A stretch of DNA of 64,000 bases, taken from Desulfobacterales bacterium (GTDB lineage Bacteria; Desulfobacterota; Desulfobacteria; Desulfobacterales; UBA5852). A program made the translations under genes and the position numbers. The stretch covers positions 2,048,001 to 2,112,000 of the forward strand of contig CAXXVS010000002.1 of the NCBI GenBank assembly GCA_963674755.2, read 5' to 3'. Positions 9,639 to 19,755 of this stretch are shown here, one piece after another. The number at the start of each line of letters is the position of its first letter. Position 1 is the stretch's first letter. The notes below the pieces were generated by a model. The model was not told the DNA's origin and made no database searches. It was given only the letters and a program-made list of their open reading frames with translations.

Positions 9639-10393
9639 GCGATGTCTGGCTCGCGCTGCCCACCGGGATCGGCATTGCCGCGGTGGCTTCGGCCGTGGGG
9701 ATTGGCGGAGGAATTCTCTGGATGCCCTTTTTGTTGATCATGTTGCGCATGAAACCGGAAACGGCGGTCCTGTCCTCGCTCATCATCCAGAGCGCCGGCA
9801 TGGGCTCGGGAACCGCCGCCTATAGCCGTCTGGGGCGGATCGACTATCGGCTGGCCGCGCGCCTGCTGATGATTACCGCCCCCGGTATCGCCCTCGGCGC
9901 TTATGTGACCCGGATCACCAGTCCCGCACACCTGGAGCTGATCCTGGGGCTGCTGACCCTGACCACGGCCTTTCTTTTTGTTTCATCCAACCAGCGCTAC
10001 CACGATGTCGGCCGGACGCGGATCGACCGGCAGGCGGCCACGCCTTATCTGGGTTTCATTTCTCTGCTGTCCGTCATCAGCGGCATGCTCAGTATCAGCA
10101 TCGGGGAATGGCTGATTCCCATCATGCGCAGCAAAATGGCGCTGCGTATGAGCGTGGCCGTGGCCACCAGCATCGCCACCATCTTCGGGACCTGCCTGCT
10201 GGGTGCCGCCAGTCATTCCCTGATGGGCAACGCGCCCCAGTGGAACGTGATCGGCTGGGCGGTTCCCGGCGTTTTGATCGGGGGGCAAATCGGCCCCCGC
10301 CTGGCGGAACGCATCAATGAGCGCAAACTCAAGGATCTGTTTGTATTCTTGTTGACGCTGATCGGCATTCATCTGATTTACAACGCCTTTTGA
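9635..10393 (+). CDS. Sulfite exporter TauE/SafE family membrane protein
   Basis: GIGGGILWMPFL motif, about 8 TM helices, GGQIGPRL; ATGA overlap with the upstream stop. Confidence 0.85.
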   Translation: MSDVWLALPTGIGIAAVASAVGIGGGILWMPFLLIMLRMKPETAVLSSLIIQSAGMGSGTAAYSRLGRIDYRLAARLLMITAPGIALGAYVTRITSPAHLELILGLLTLTTAFLFVSSNQRYHDVGRTRIDRQAATPYLGFISLLSVISGMLSISIGEWLIPIMRSKMALRMSVAVATSIATIFGTCLLGAASHSLMGNAPQWNVIGWAVPGVLIGGQIGPRLAERINERKLKDLFVFLLTLIGIHLIYNAF

Positions 10394-10416
10394 GCTGACA
10401 GACAGGGGAAAAGACG

Positions 10417-11199
10417 ATGGCCAACGACATGCCCAAACCGTCCCATCCATGGAAAATGCGCCTGGTGCTGCCCTGTGCCGCCTTCGCCGGGCTCCTCCTG
10501 GTATGGGATCTCCTGGCCCGTTTTGCCGGTTGGAGCGTCGATGTCTTCCCCGGCCCACTGCAGGTCTTCATAAGCTTGGGCGAATTGATCGCCAACGGCA
10601 CCCTTATCAAGCATACCGTAGCCAGTCTTTTCCGTGTCACGGTGGGCTTCTACCTGGCCGTTCTGGGGGGCATCCCCCTGGGGATCATGTTGGGACGATG
10701 GGAAAATGCCCGTCTCCTGATCAATCCCATGATCCAGTTTCTGCGGCCCATCTCTCCTCTGGCCTGGATCCCCCTGTCCATGCTGTGGTTCGGTATCGGC
10801 GACAAACCGGCGGTCTTCCTCATATTCCTGTCCAGTTTCTTCCCGCTGGTGGTGTCCACCACCGCCACCGTCAGCGCCATCAATCCCATTTACTTCCAGG
10901 TGGGGGCCAACTTCAACTTCTCCCGCTGGGAGGTGATCACCCGCATCATCATTCCGGCCATGATGCCCGGCACCATCACCGCCCTGCGGATTTCGGTCAC
11001 CATCGCCTGGTTGGTGGTCGTGGCGGCGGAGATGATCGCCGTCCAATCCGGTCTGGGGTATCTCATCCTGGATTCACGCAACGCCCTGCGCATGGATTAT
11101 GTCATGGACGGCATGATCGTGATCGGACTGATCGGTCTCCTGCTGGATGTGATCATGCGGCGGCTGGGCCGAATCGAAGCCACCGGCTGGAACGGTTGA
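10417..11199 (+). CDS. ABC transporter permease, nitrate/sulfonate/taurine (SsuC/TauC-like) family
   Basis: LRPISPLAWIPL..LWFGIG and WLVVVAAEM...SGLGYLI motifs. Confidence 0.9.
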   Translation: MANDMPKPSHPWKMRLVLPCAAFAGLLLVWDLLARFAGWSVDVFPGPLQVFISLGELIANGTLIKHTVASLFRVTVGFYLAVLGGIPLGIMLGRWENARLLINPMIQFLRPISPLAWIPLSMLWFGIGDKPAVFLIFLSSFFPLVVSTTATVSAINPIYFQVGANFNFSRWEVITRIIIPAMMPGTITALRISVTIAWLVVVAAEMIAVQSGLGYLILDSRNALRMDYVMDGMIVIGLIGLLLDVIMRRLGRIEATGWNG

Positions 11200-11216
11200 G
11201 GGAAGGAAGCGACCCC

Positions 11217-12014
11217 ATGGGGCATATCGTTGTCGACCATATCAGCAAATCCTACCGCAACCGGCGCCGCCGCAACCGCACCGGCGACGACCCCGATTTG
11301 CGTTATGGCGACCGAATTCTCGTGCTGGACGACATCAGCCTGGAATTCCAGGATGGTGAAATGGTCTGCATCCTCGGGCCGTCGGGATGCGGAAAGTCGA
11401 CGCTGCTCAAAATCATCGCCGGCTTCGACCGTCCCAGCGCGGGCGGCATCCTGATTGACGACCAACCGGTCACCCGCCCCGGTTCCGACCACATCTTCGT
11501 GTTTCAGCACAACGGGCTGCTGCCCTGGATGACCGTCTGGCAAAACGTCGGCCTGGGCCTGCGGCATATGACCGACCGGGAAGCCAAAGCCGAACGCATC
11601 ATGGAATTCATCGAGATGGTGGAATTGGAGAACTTCGAGCAGCACTACCCGCACCAGCTTTCCGGAGGGATGCAGCGCCGGGCGGAACTGGCCCGGGCCC
11701 TGGCCGTCAACCCCGACATCCTGATCATGGACGAACCTTTCAGCGGGCTGGATTTCCTGACCCACATGAAAATGCGGGAAGAGGTCGTCAATATGCATGA
11801 GTTTATCGGCAAGACCACCATCGTCGTCACGCACGACATCGACGACGCCCTGATCATGGGGGACCGCATCGTCGTGATGAGCGGACAGCCCTCCGTCGTC
11901 AAACTCGACCGGCAGCTCGACTTTGTCCGTCCCCGGGATTTCCAGAAAGAGCCTTCCCTCAACAAGCTGCGCAATGAGATCTTCTTTATGTTGGGAGTGC
12001 CCTATGCGGTTTAA
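11217..12014 (+). CDS. ABC transporter ATP-binding subunit, nitrate/sulfonate family
   Basis: GPSGCGKST, YPHQLSGGMQRR, ILIMDEPFSGLD, VVTHD; real start at ATG 11217. Confidence 0.92.
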   Translation: MGHIVVDHISKSYRNRRRRNRTGDDPDLRYGDRILVLDDISLEFQDGEMVCILGPSGCGKSTLLKIIAGFDRPSAGGILIDDQPVTRPGSDHIFVFQHNGLLPWMTVWQNVGLGLRHMTDREAKAERIMEFIEMVELENFEQHYPHQLSGGMQRRAELARALAVNPDILIMDEPFSGLDFLTHMKMREEVVNMHEFIGKTTIVVTHDIDDALIMGDRIVVMSGQPSVVKLDRQLDFVRPRDFQKEPSLNKLRNEIFFMLGVPYAV

Positions 12015-13041
12015 GCTGGCCGGCAAACACAAATGGCGGTTTAGCATCGCCTGGCGCTACACGCTCCTGACCGCGGCCTGGCTGATCGCGATCACGGTGC
12101 TGCACTGCCGGTTGAACATGCCGCGCGAGGCGCGTGATCTGGTGCGCATGGGCTATATGCCGGTCGTTACAAATCTGGCGGCGCCCCTCCTGGATTATGT
12201 TTCCAAGGACAACGGGGCCTACCGCTACCAGGCCATCAAATTTTCAAGCTTCGCTGAAATGGCCGAGTCCCTGCGCAACGGCCATATCGATGCGGCCTTC
12301 ATGATCGCGCCCCTGGCGGTGGTCCTCCACCAGCAGGGGGAGGACGTGCATATCGTCTATATCGGCAACCGCCACGAGAGTACCCTGGTGGCCCGCAAGG
12401 ATCTGGCCATCCGGGATATCGGCGACCTGGCGGGCCGCACCCTGGCGGTTCCCATGCGCTTCTCCGGCCACAATCTGGGAATCCTGCGGGCCATGGACGA
12501 TCGGGGCATGCCGGGGGCCATCAACATCGTCGAGATGAACCCGCCGGACATGGCCTCGGCCCTGGCCGCAGGCGCCCTGGACGCCTATTTCGTGGGCGAG
12601 CCCTTTGCCGCCCAGACGATCGTCTCCGGCGATGCCCAGGTGGTGAATTACGTCGAAGACATCTGGCCCCAATTCATTTGCAACCTGGTGATCGTCCGTC
12701 AGGACTTCATCGGCAAGCGCCCCCGGGCCGTTCAGCAGTTGGTGCAGACCGCCATGCGCTCCGGTATTTGGGCGGAACAGCACCCGGACGAGGCCGCGGC
12801 GATCGCTTCCCGCTACTGGAACCAGCCCACGGACCTGATCCGCTACGCGCTGACCACCCCCAAGCACCGCATCCAATATCGCCACGCCGTCCCACAAGTC
12901 GCCGAAATCCAGCAACTGGCCGATCTCATGGTGCGCTTCCACCTGATTGACGACAACGACATCGCCGGCCTGGTGGACGACCGTTTCGCCCGGGCCGCCG
13001 CTCTGGACGGAATCACGGATGTGAGCAGCATTTTGCGGTAG
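12004..13041 (+). CDS. ABC transporter substrate-binding protein (NrtA/SsuA/NMT1-like), membrane anchored
   Basis: N-terminal TM; RMGYMP, DAAFMIAPLA, ALDAYFVGEPF; operon context. Confidence 0.85.
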   Translation: MRFKLAGKHKWRFSIAWRYTLLTAAWLIAITVLHCRLNMPREARDLVRMGYMPVVTNLAAPLLDYVSKDNGAYRYQAIKFSSFAEMAESLRNGHIDAAFMIAPLAVVLHQQGEDVHIVYIGNRHESTLVARKDLAIRDIGDLAGRTLAVPMRFSGHNLGILRAMDDRGMPGAINIVEMNPPDMASALAAGALDAYFVGEPFAAQTIVSGDAQVVNYVEDIWPQFICNLVIVRQDFIGKRPRAVQQLVQTAMRSGIWAEQHPDEAAAIASRYWNQPTDLIRYALTTPKHRIQYRHAVPQVAEIQQLADLMVRFHLIDDNDIAGLVDDRFARAAALDGITDVSSILR

Positions 13042-13294
13042 CCGGCGTTGCTGCAACATCCTGCGGGACTTACGATTATTTCGAACCCTTTCACAAGGGG
13101 AACGCGCTCTGCGAATTGGAAAATGGGAATCTCACGGATAGGCGGTCCCGGAAGCAGCCCGCCTATACCCCCCTTGACGAATCTCAATCGGGGATTACCC
13201 TATTCGCGATATGGCCCCCCCGGCGAACAGGCCCCGGGGGCATCCGTGACGCGGAACATAAACCGAACCATCTCTGCTGGTATAGCGTCCCATC

Positions 13295-13834
13295 GTGAAA
13301 ATTTCGCGACGTATAACGATGCTCATCATGGCTGGTATTTTATTGACCGGCTGCTCTTCCGACAAAAGCTGGCGCACTGCCAGCCGTGCGTCGGCCGGGC
13401 TCGCGCCTGACCCGGCCGTCACCCCGGAAGCCGTTCTGCAAGTCTATGGGGCCGATGCCTGGGGTTGGCGGGGCTGGTTTGCGATCCACACCTGGATCGC
13501 TGCCAAACGCACCGGCGAAGACCGCTACACGGTTTACGATGTGGTCGGCTGGCGCAGCCGCCATGGCCAGCCGGTGGTGCGAATCGTCCAGGACATCCCC
13601 GATCGTTACTGGTACGGTGCCAAACCCCGGGTTCTGCAAAAACGCCAGGGGCCGGGCGTGGACGCGCTCATTGATGCCGTGGACCGGGCGGCCCGCGCTT
13701 ATCCCTGGAAAGATACTTACACCCTCTTTCCGGGTCCCAACAGCAACACCTTCACCGCCTGGATCGCCAAACAAGTGCCGGAACTGGAGCTGAAACTGCC
13801 CTTTTCCGCCATCGGCAGCGGCTATGTGAATTAG
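13295..13834 (+). CDS. DUF3750-family lipoprotein
   Basis: Lipobox LTGC; WRTASRASAGLAPDP, GWRGWFAIHTWIA, PGPNSNTF motifs. Confidence 0.75.
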   Translation: MKISRRITMLIMAGILLTGCSSDKSWRTASRASAGLAPDPAVTPEAVLQVYGADAWGWRGWFAIHTWIAAKRTGEDRYTVYDVVGWRSRHGQPVVRIVQDIPDRYWYGAKPRVLQKRQGPGVDALIDAVDRAARAYPWKDTYTLFPGPNSNTFTAWIAKQVPELELKLPFSAIGSGYVN

Positions 13835-14103
13835 CCCGGCCCTGCCGCCCCTGATCGGCCACTTTCCGAGCCCCTTCATCCCCTGCTAACATGGATGGTC
13901 TAACCAGAGCATCGCCAACGGCATGATGCCGGCACCATGCGCTTCAGGCTGTTCCCGATTTCAAATGGCGGATGAAAACCGGCGGGCATGGGAGGTTAGC
14001 CCGTGCTCGGATGGTGCCGACCTATCGATAAAGCCATCATACCGACGTGGATAGGCGGCCGTATCAACGGCGTAACGTTTCTCAAACCGGACAGGAGGCA
14101 GAC

Positions 14104-14577
14104 ATGAACCGCATCAAAAACATTGCCTTGGTCGCCCATGACAATCGCAAGCGTGACCTGATGGAGTGGGTGGAGTGGAATTACGAAGTTCTGCTGGGAC
14201 ACAACCTGATTTGCACCGGCACAACCGGCCGCCAACTGGAAGAAACCCTGGAAAAGAAAATAGCGATCGAAAAATCGCCGGGAATCCTTAGAGGAATCAC
14301 CCTGCTTAAATCAGGCCCATTAGGGGGCGATCAGCAGTTGGGCTCCCTGATCACTGAAGGGCGGGTGGATATCCTGATATTCTTTTGGGACCCCATGCAG
14401 CCCCATCCCCACGATGTGGACGTCAAGGCCCTGCTGCGCATTGCGGTGGTTTACAACATCCCCATCGCCTGCAACCGCTCGTCCGCTGATTTCATCATTT
14501 CATCGCACCTGGTGGAGGAAGCCTATACCCCGGTTCTCAAGGATTACAGCGCCTATCTAGAACGCAAAATCGAGTAA
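14104..14577 (+). CDS. mgsA: Methylglyoxal synthase
   Basis: IALVAHD, TGTTG, SGPLGGDQQ, FFWDP..PHPHDVDVKALLR; AGGAGG RBS. Confidence 0.95.
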   Translation: MNRIKNIALVAHDNRKRDLMEWVEWNYEVLLGHNLICTGTTGRQLEETLEKKIAIEKSPGILRGITLLKSGPLGGDQQLGSLITEGRVDILIFFWDPMQPHPHDVDVKALLRIAVVYNIPIACNRSSADFIISSHLVEEAYTPVLKDYSAYLERKIE

Positions 14578-14595
14578 GGCAGGATCGGGGCGTGG

Positions 14596-15837
14596 TCACA
14601 GCGCCGCCAGGACCGCATCGGCCCACTGGATGGCGTCCAGATAGGTGGTCATAACCGCGTGTTGGGTCAAGTTCAATCCTTGGAGGCGTGTGGTGTGATT
14701 GTCCCACTCCCCTTTCTCGTAGGAAATGGCTAATCCCAGCAGTTCCCCGAGTAAATTGCCACCCTTCAGCAGCGCTGTTTTGATGGTTTCGGATAACGGT
14801 AATTGTTCGAGAATAGTGACCATCGGAAGGTCCAGCAGGGCATCAACACTGGCAAATAGACCGGTCAAAAAGGCCTCTTCACCACCCAGCGCCTCTGCGG
14901 TCTGGTAACGGGTCATCAGCTCGCAGAACCGCGCCCGCATAAGCGATTGACGGAGTGATTCGGCCGGCTTGTCACTTGCCAGGTCGGAAATGATGATCAT
15001 CGTCACCAGTCGCCGGATGTCCCGGCATCCCAGGTAAGCCAGGGCGTGACGCAGGGAGGTAATGTTGCTAACCCTGCGGTAGAAGGCCGAGTTGACCATC
15101 TGCAGTAATTTGATGGTGAGCGAAACATCGCTCTTGATCAAACGTTCCAGATTTTGGATGTGGCATTCATCGCCATAAATCTCAGCGACAATACCCAGTA
15201 AAACAGCCTTATTGGGTCGGATATCCCTGCCGCTGACGACCTCCGGTTTGCTGAAGAAATAGCCTTGAAAGAGTGAAAACCCCATGGCCATGGCCTGCTC
15301 GAATTCCTCATAAGTCTCCACTTTCTCCGCCAACAAACGGGCCTGCGTGGGGCCCATTTGATCGAGCATCTGCGCGATGGCCTCAGGCGAGGCGGCCCTG
15401 AAATCGATTTTAATGAACCCGGCCAGTTCAACCAGGCGTCTGTAACGCTCCTCGAAAATAAAATCGTCCAGGGCCAGCGTAAATCCGTTCCGGATCAACC
15501 GGCGGCAAGCGTCCAGAATGTCGTCCGAAGGATCAATGTTCTCAAGGATCTCAACGATAATCTTGTCCTTCGGAAACAAAAGCGGAAGATCTTGAAGCAG
15601 CAGATTAGCGGTAAAATTGATAAAGGCGGGTTTCCCGTGCGTCAGGCTTTCGATGCCATAACTCAAAAGGCCTTTGTAAAGCACCTGGGCCGTAGCCAGA
15701 TCGCCGTCCACATCCGGGCAGAAATTGGCTTTGCTGTCACGGAACAGCAATTCATAACCGAAGAGTTGTTTCCGGCGGTTGAATATCGGCTGGCGCGCAA
15801 TGTGGCAATTGATAATGGTTTCCGTATCCACTTCCAA
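14596..15837 (-). CDS. EAL and HDOD domain protein (YuxH-like c-di-GMP signalling protein)
   Basis: ARQPI...GYELLFR, AFINF, ALDDF, LLAEKVET, FQGYFF, followed by an HDOD region (LLQMVNSA). Confidence 0.9.
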   Translation of the reverse strand: MEVDTETIINCHIARQPIFNRRKQLFGYELLFRDSKANFCPDVDGDLATAQVLYKGLLSYGIESLTHGKPAFINFTANLLLQDLPLLFPKDKIIVEILENIDPSDDILDACRRLIRNGFTLALDDFIFEERYRRLVELAGFIKIDFRAASPEAIAQMLDQMGPTQARLLAEKVETYEEFEQAMAMGFSLFQGYFFSKPEVVSGRDIRPNKAVLLGIVAEIYGDECHIQNLERLIKSDVSLTIKLLQMVNSAFYRRVSNITSLRHALAYLGCRDIRRLVTMIIISDLASDKPAESLRQSLMRARFCELMTRYQTAEALGGEEAFLTGLFASVDALLDLPMVTILEQLPLSETIKTALLKGGNLLGELLGLAISYEKGEWDNHTTRLQGLNLTQHAVMTTYLDAIQWADAVLAAL

Positions 15838-15864
15838 CTGCCCTTTCGAATGGCGACTTCCTGC

Positions 15865-16323
15865 TTACGGGCCCTCTTTCAGCGCCACGTCGATGTGCAG
15901 GGGGCCTGTCTCCGTCTTGCAGGGGATCTGGATCACCGGTGTTGCCGCAGGATAGGGAACCCTCTCCCTGCCGAGCACCACCCGGGGCACCGAAATGGCG
16001 CCGGCGCCGCCGGGGAAATCCGTCTTGGCATTACCCGCAATCATGTTGGCGATTTCGCCCACGGCATCCATGACATCCTCATCGAGCTCTTGAATGGGAT
16101 CACCCAACAAGGCTGATGCCAGCTGTGCCGCGACCGTTTCCGGCATGCTCACCACGACACGGCCGTTGACCTCACCGGTCACATCGATGATGCCGCAGAC
16201 ATCGTGCTGGGGCTTGGCCTCCCGGTTCAGCCCCGGCTGTCCGATGCTGAGCGGCAGGTCCATCATGGTCTTGAACAAACGGCGCACCGCATCGATAAAG
16301 GGATTGATATAGGCCGCTTTCAT
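15865..16323 (-). CDS. cheX: Chemotaxis phosphatase CheX
   Basis: YINPF and DAVGEIANMIAGNAK (ExxN) signature. Confidence 0.9.
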   Translation of the reverse strand: MKAAYINPFIDAVRRLFKTMMDLPLSIGQPGLNREAKPQHDVCGIIDVTGEVNGRVVVSMPETVAAQLASALLGDPIQELDEDVMDAVGEIANMIAGNAKTDFPGGAGAISVPRVVLGRERVPYPAATPVIQIPCKTETGPLHIDVALKEGP

Positions 16324-17210
16324 AGGGCACCGATATACAGATTCTCGTGCCGCACCGGATTTTTGGCTGTAATTGTGACGGAATCGAAGAGTGCCCGGCG
16401 CTGATCCTCCTTAATGGTTTCGAATTCCACACCGATCCCGGGAATGATCAGGGCTTCGCCCCAATTGTGCTTGTGGCGGACAATGCCGCTGATGGGCGTC
16501 TTGTCGTAAAGATCCATGATGCGCATCCATACCCGCGCCCCGAGTTGAAATCGTGCCGCGGAAAACAGAAAGCACCCGCTCAGGGACACGTCCATGGTCA
16601 CCGTACGGATCAGGGTCTGGGGATCGAAGTGTCGTTTGGTTGACAGCAATACATTGTAATGCAAGGGCTTGCGCTCTTCCGAGCGCAATTTGCGGGCCGG
16701 TGCGTGCCAGCAGTTTTGGCGAATCAGGTCTTCCAGGCCGCCGGATCGTTCGTGTTGACCATGGAGCAGCGCCCGAATACGACGCGTTTGCGGATCGAAA
16801 TTGACCTGAATCACTGGAAAGCGGCCCAGAATACTGTATACGAGATCTTTATGATCGCTCAGGGCCTTGATTTTGGTGGGGATATCGATGACGATCCCGT
16901 TATAGGCAAAATGTGTCACAGCGCCGTAAAAGGTATCGACGGCGGCCACCGTATCCACCTGGACGCCGCATCGTTGCAGGGCGGTCTCGTAAAGGGTGCA
17001 GGCATCGCCCGGCTGGGCCACCAGCAGAATACGGGGGGGCAATCGTGCTTCTTCGGCCGCCAGGGTTTCAGAATACGTCGGCAGTATTTCGGCGCATGGG
17101 GTGGCAGCTTCTGTGGGGCAAACGTCGATGTCGCGCAATGGGTTACCTCGTTCTGGATCATTCCAGGCCCGCCGATCCCGGGAACGCATCCGGGCGGGGG
17201 CATCGGCCAC
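16320..17210 (-). CDS. PilZ-domain protein with an N-terminal degenerate receiver-like region (start uncertain)
   Basis: RSEERKP (RxxxR) and DVSLSG (DxSxxG) c-di-GMP motifs; GIGVEF; overlaps the cheX start. Confidence 0.8.
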   Translation of the reverse strand: MADAPARMRSRDRRAWNDPERGNPLRDIDVCPTEAATPCAEILPTYSETLAAEEARLPPRILLVAQPGDACTLYETALQRCGVQVDTVAAVDTFYGAVTHFAYNGIVIDIPTKIKALSDHKDLVYSILGRFPVIQVNFDPQTRRIRALLHGQHERSGGLEDLIRQNCWHAPARKLRSEERKPLHYNVLLSTKRHFDPQTLIRTVTMDVSLSGCFLFSAARFQLGARVWMRIMDLYDKTPISGIVRHKHNWGEALIIPGIGVEFETIKEDQRRALFDSVTITAKNPVRHENLYIGAL

Positions 17211-17353
17211 GATGCCGAACTGACCCCGTTATCGGCCAAAGACTGCCCTGACTTGAACCCTTGCCCATATTTTTATTTTGAATATGTAACATTTTGGCTT
17301 GACGTCGCTCATAAGGGTCGTAAACAATTAGCCCAAAGGAAAGGATGACCTCT

Positions 17354-17716
17354 ATGCAAGCGAACATCACCGAAATCACCGATCAGAATTTCACCCAGAC
17401 CGTCCTTGAAGCGTCGCAACCGGTCTTGGTAGATTTCTGGGCGCCCTGGTGCGGCCCCTGCAAGGCCATCGGTCCTACCGTCGACGCCCTGGCGGCCGAC
17501 TACGAAGGCCAAATCACGGTGGGCAAGTGCAACGTCGACGACAACGCGGAAATCCCGGCGCAATACGGTATTCGTTCCGTCCCGACAGTGGTAGTGTTTC
17601 GTGAGGGCCGGGTATTCGAGCAAGTCACCGGCATGGTGAATCGGGGTAAACTGGAAGGTATGATCCGGAATGCCATCGACGGCCAGGCCGCCACTTCGCC
17701 TTTCGTGGTTCATTAG
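17354..17716 (+). CDS. trxA: Thioredoxin
   Basis: VLVDFWAPWCGPCK, YGIRSVPT. Confidence 0.95.
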   Translation: MQANITEITDQNFTQTVLEASQPVLVDFWAPWCGPCKAIGPTVDALAADYEGQITVGKCNVDDNAEIPAQYGIRSVPTVVVFREGRVFEQVTGMVNRGKLEGMIRNAIDGQAATSPFVVH

Positions 17717-17731
17717 CGGCAGCGAGGCGCT

Positions 17732-17950
17732 ATGAAGACATCGACAAATCCTGAAAAGGACACGGAAACGGCCGGTGAAACCGAGAAAACGGGCACGGTC
17801 AGCTATCTCTGCATGAAATACAACCGCCATCTGCAGGGGGACAATCCGACCTGCCAGGACCCGAAACTGTACTGCAAGTTCAGGCCCCAATGCATGATTC
17901 ACTATATGGAGAAGCGCAAGCGGCGCAAATTGGACGGCTCGGAAGACTAA
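17732..17950 (+). CDS. Small Cys-containing hypothetical protein
   Basis: GAGG RBS, 15 bp after trxA; four Cys (C-x13-C-x6-C-x5-C). Confidence 0.6.
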   Translation: MKTSTNPEKDTETAGETEKTGTVSYLCMKYNRHLQGDNPTCQDPKLYCKFRPQCMIHYMEKRKRRKLDGSED

Positions 17951-17985
17951 CCGTCGTGGGGAGAAGCGCCAGGGCGGCCGAAAAA

Positions 17986-18870
17986 CTAGACCCGGGCGGC
18001 ACCAAACAGCTCCCGGGCCTGGTATGAGCTGCGCACCAGCGGCCCGCTGGCGGCTTGCTGAAATCCCATTTGCAGGGCGACATCACGCCAGTGGTCGAAT
18101 TCCTCCGGCGGAACATAGCGCTGCACCGGGAGATGATCGGGGCTGGGCTGCAAATACTGGCCCAGGGTGACCATGCGGCAATCCACCGCCCGCAGATCCT
18201 CCAGCGTGCCCCTGACTTCCGGCTCGGTTTCCCCCAGGCCCAGCATCAAGCCGGACTTGGTCATCATACGGGGGGCGATATCCCGCACCCCTTGGAGCAA
18301 ATTCAGCGAGCGCCGGTAGTCCGCCTCGGGTCGAACCCGCCTGTACAGTCTGGGAACCGTTTCCAGGTTATGGTTGAGCACGTCCGGACCGGCGGCGACG
18401 ACCGTGGCGATGGCCGCCGGCTGGCCCTGCAAGTCCGGTATCAGCACTTCCACGCGCACCTCGGGAATCGCCTCCCGCAGCGCCCGGATCGTATCCGCAA
18501 ACAAGCCGGCCCCCCCGTCGGGCAGGTCATCGCGGGTCACCGAGGTCACCACCACATAAGACAGTCCCATGTCGCGCGCCAGACGGGCGACCCGCTGGGG
18601 TTCCTCCGGATCGGGCGGTCCCAGGGGGCCGTGTCCCACGGCACAGAATCCGCAGTTGCGCGTGCAGCGCGACCCCAGAATCAAAAAGGTCGCGGTCTGA
18701 TGCGAAAAGCACTCCCACTGGTTAGGGCATTTGGCTTCCTGGCAGACCGTATGCAGGCCTTGGGCTTCCAAGCCCTGGCATACGGTGCCGTAGATGGGGC
18801 CGGAAGGAAGGCGCCGTTTCAACCAGGACGGCTTGCGCAGGGGCGCTTTGGAATCGGGCATGCGCGGCAA
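17986..18870 (-). CDS. lipA: Lipoyl synthase
   Basis: CQEAKCPNQWEC and CTRNCGFC motifs; NHNLETVPRL; LVRSSY. Confidence 0.96.
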   Translation of the reverse strand: MPRMPDSKAPLRKPSWLKRRLPSGPIYGTVCQGLEAQGLHTVCQEAKCPNQWECFSHQTATFLILGSRCTRNCGFCAVGHGPLGPPDPEEPQRVARLARDMGLSYVVVTSVTRDDLPDGGAGLFADTIRALREAIPEVRVEVLIPDLQGQPAAIATVVAAGPDVLNHNLETVPRLYRRVRPEADYRRSLNLLQGVRDIAPRMMTKSGLMLGLGETEPEVRGTLEDLRAVDCRMVTLGQYLQPSPDHLPVQRYVPPEEFDHWRDVALQMGFQQAASGPLVRSSYQARELFGAARV

Positions 18871-19584
18871 TCAGACCTCCTTGTCGTCAGCGGCATCAAG
18901 GGCCGCATCGCCGAACAAGTCATCCACCTCGACGGGTCGCAGGGCCACGTCAAAAATCGCACGCACCTGCCGCCAAACGCTTTGCCGGAGGCGGTCCATG
19001 GGAATGTCATGCCCTGCCGCCCGGGCCAGGGAGGTCATGTGGACACCCGCCAGGCCGCAGGGATTGATCCATCCAAAGGGGGTTAAATCATTGTTGACGT
19101 TGAGGGCGAAGCCATGGAAGGTCATGCCGTGCCGCAGGCAAAGCCCGATGCTGCCCACCTTGGCGCCGTCCACCCAGACGCCCCGGTTGCGCGGATCCCG
19201 TTGGACGGCAACCCCCCATTCCCCGGCCACGGCGATCATCAGCTCTTCCAGGGCGGCCACATAATCGGCGACCCCCAGGTGGGCGCGCTGCAGGTCCAGG
19301 ACCGGATAGCCCACAATCTGACCCGGGCCATGGTAGGTGATGTTGCCGCCCCTTTCGGAGGACCTGACGCTCACCCCGGCCTCATGCAGGAAGGCATCGG
19401 AAACCATCAGGTTTTCCCGGCCCCCGTTGCGCCCCAGGGTAAAGACCGGGGGATGTTCGAGCAACAGCATCAGGTCCTTCGGCAGCCGGCCGGCGTGTTT
19501 GGCCGCCACGCAGCGCTCTTGCAGGGCTTGCGCCCGGCCATAGTCTGTTTGGGGGAGATCGATGGCCAGCCATTCATCCTTCAT
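18871..19584 (-). CDS. lipB: Lipoyl(octanoyl) transferase
   Basis: LEHPPVFTLG, RGGNITYHGPGQ, HGFALNV, INPCG. Confidence 0.95.
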   Translation of the reverse strand: MKDEWLAIDLPQTDYGRAQALQERCVAAKHAGRLPKDLMLLLEHPPVFTLGRNGGRENLMVSDAFLHEAGVSVRSSERGGNITYHGPGQIVGYPVLDLQRAHLGVADYVAALEELMIAVAGEWGVAVQRDPRNRGVWVDGAKVGSIGLCLRHGMTFHGFALNVNNDLTPFGWINPCGLAGVHMTSLARAAGHDIPMDRLRQSVWRQVRAIFDVALRPVEVDDLFGDAALDAADDKEV

Positions 19585-19755
19585 GGGACTGAAATTCTCC
19601 GTACACGCATCGGCAGGGGAGCTGTCGCGTCAGGGCTGGTTGCCGGGCGCTTCCCATGGAATACAACCCTCCTGTTTTGACAGCCCCTTATCTTATGGAT
19701 ACCATTGGATCCCGTCTTAATCCAAACACCCCGTGAAGATAAAGGAGGAAATCCC

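Noticed and set aside
10449..11216. N-terminal extension of the 521-aa ABC ATPase ORF
   Set aside because: It is an alternative frame overlapping the permease; the real start is ATG 11217 with an RBS.
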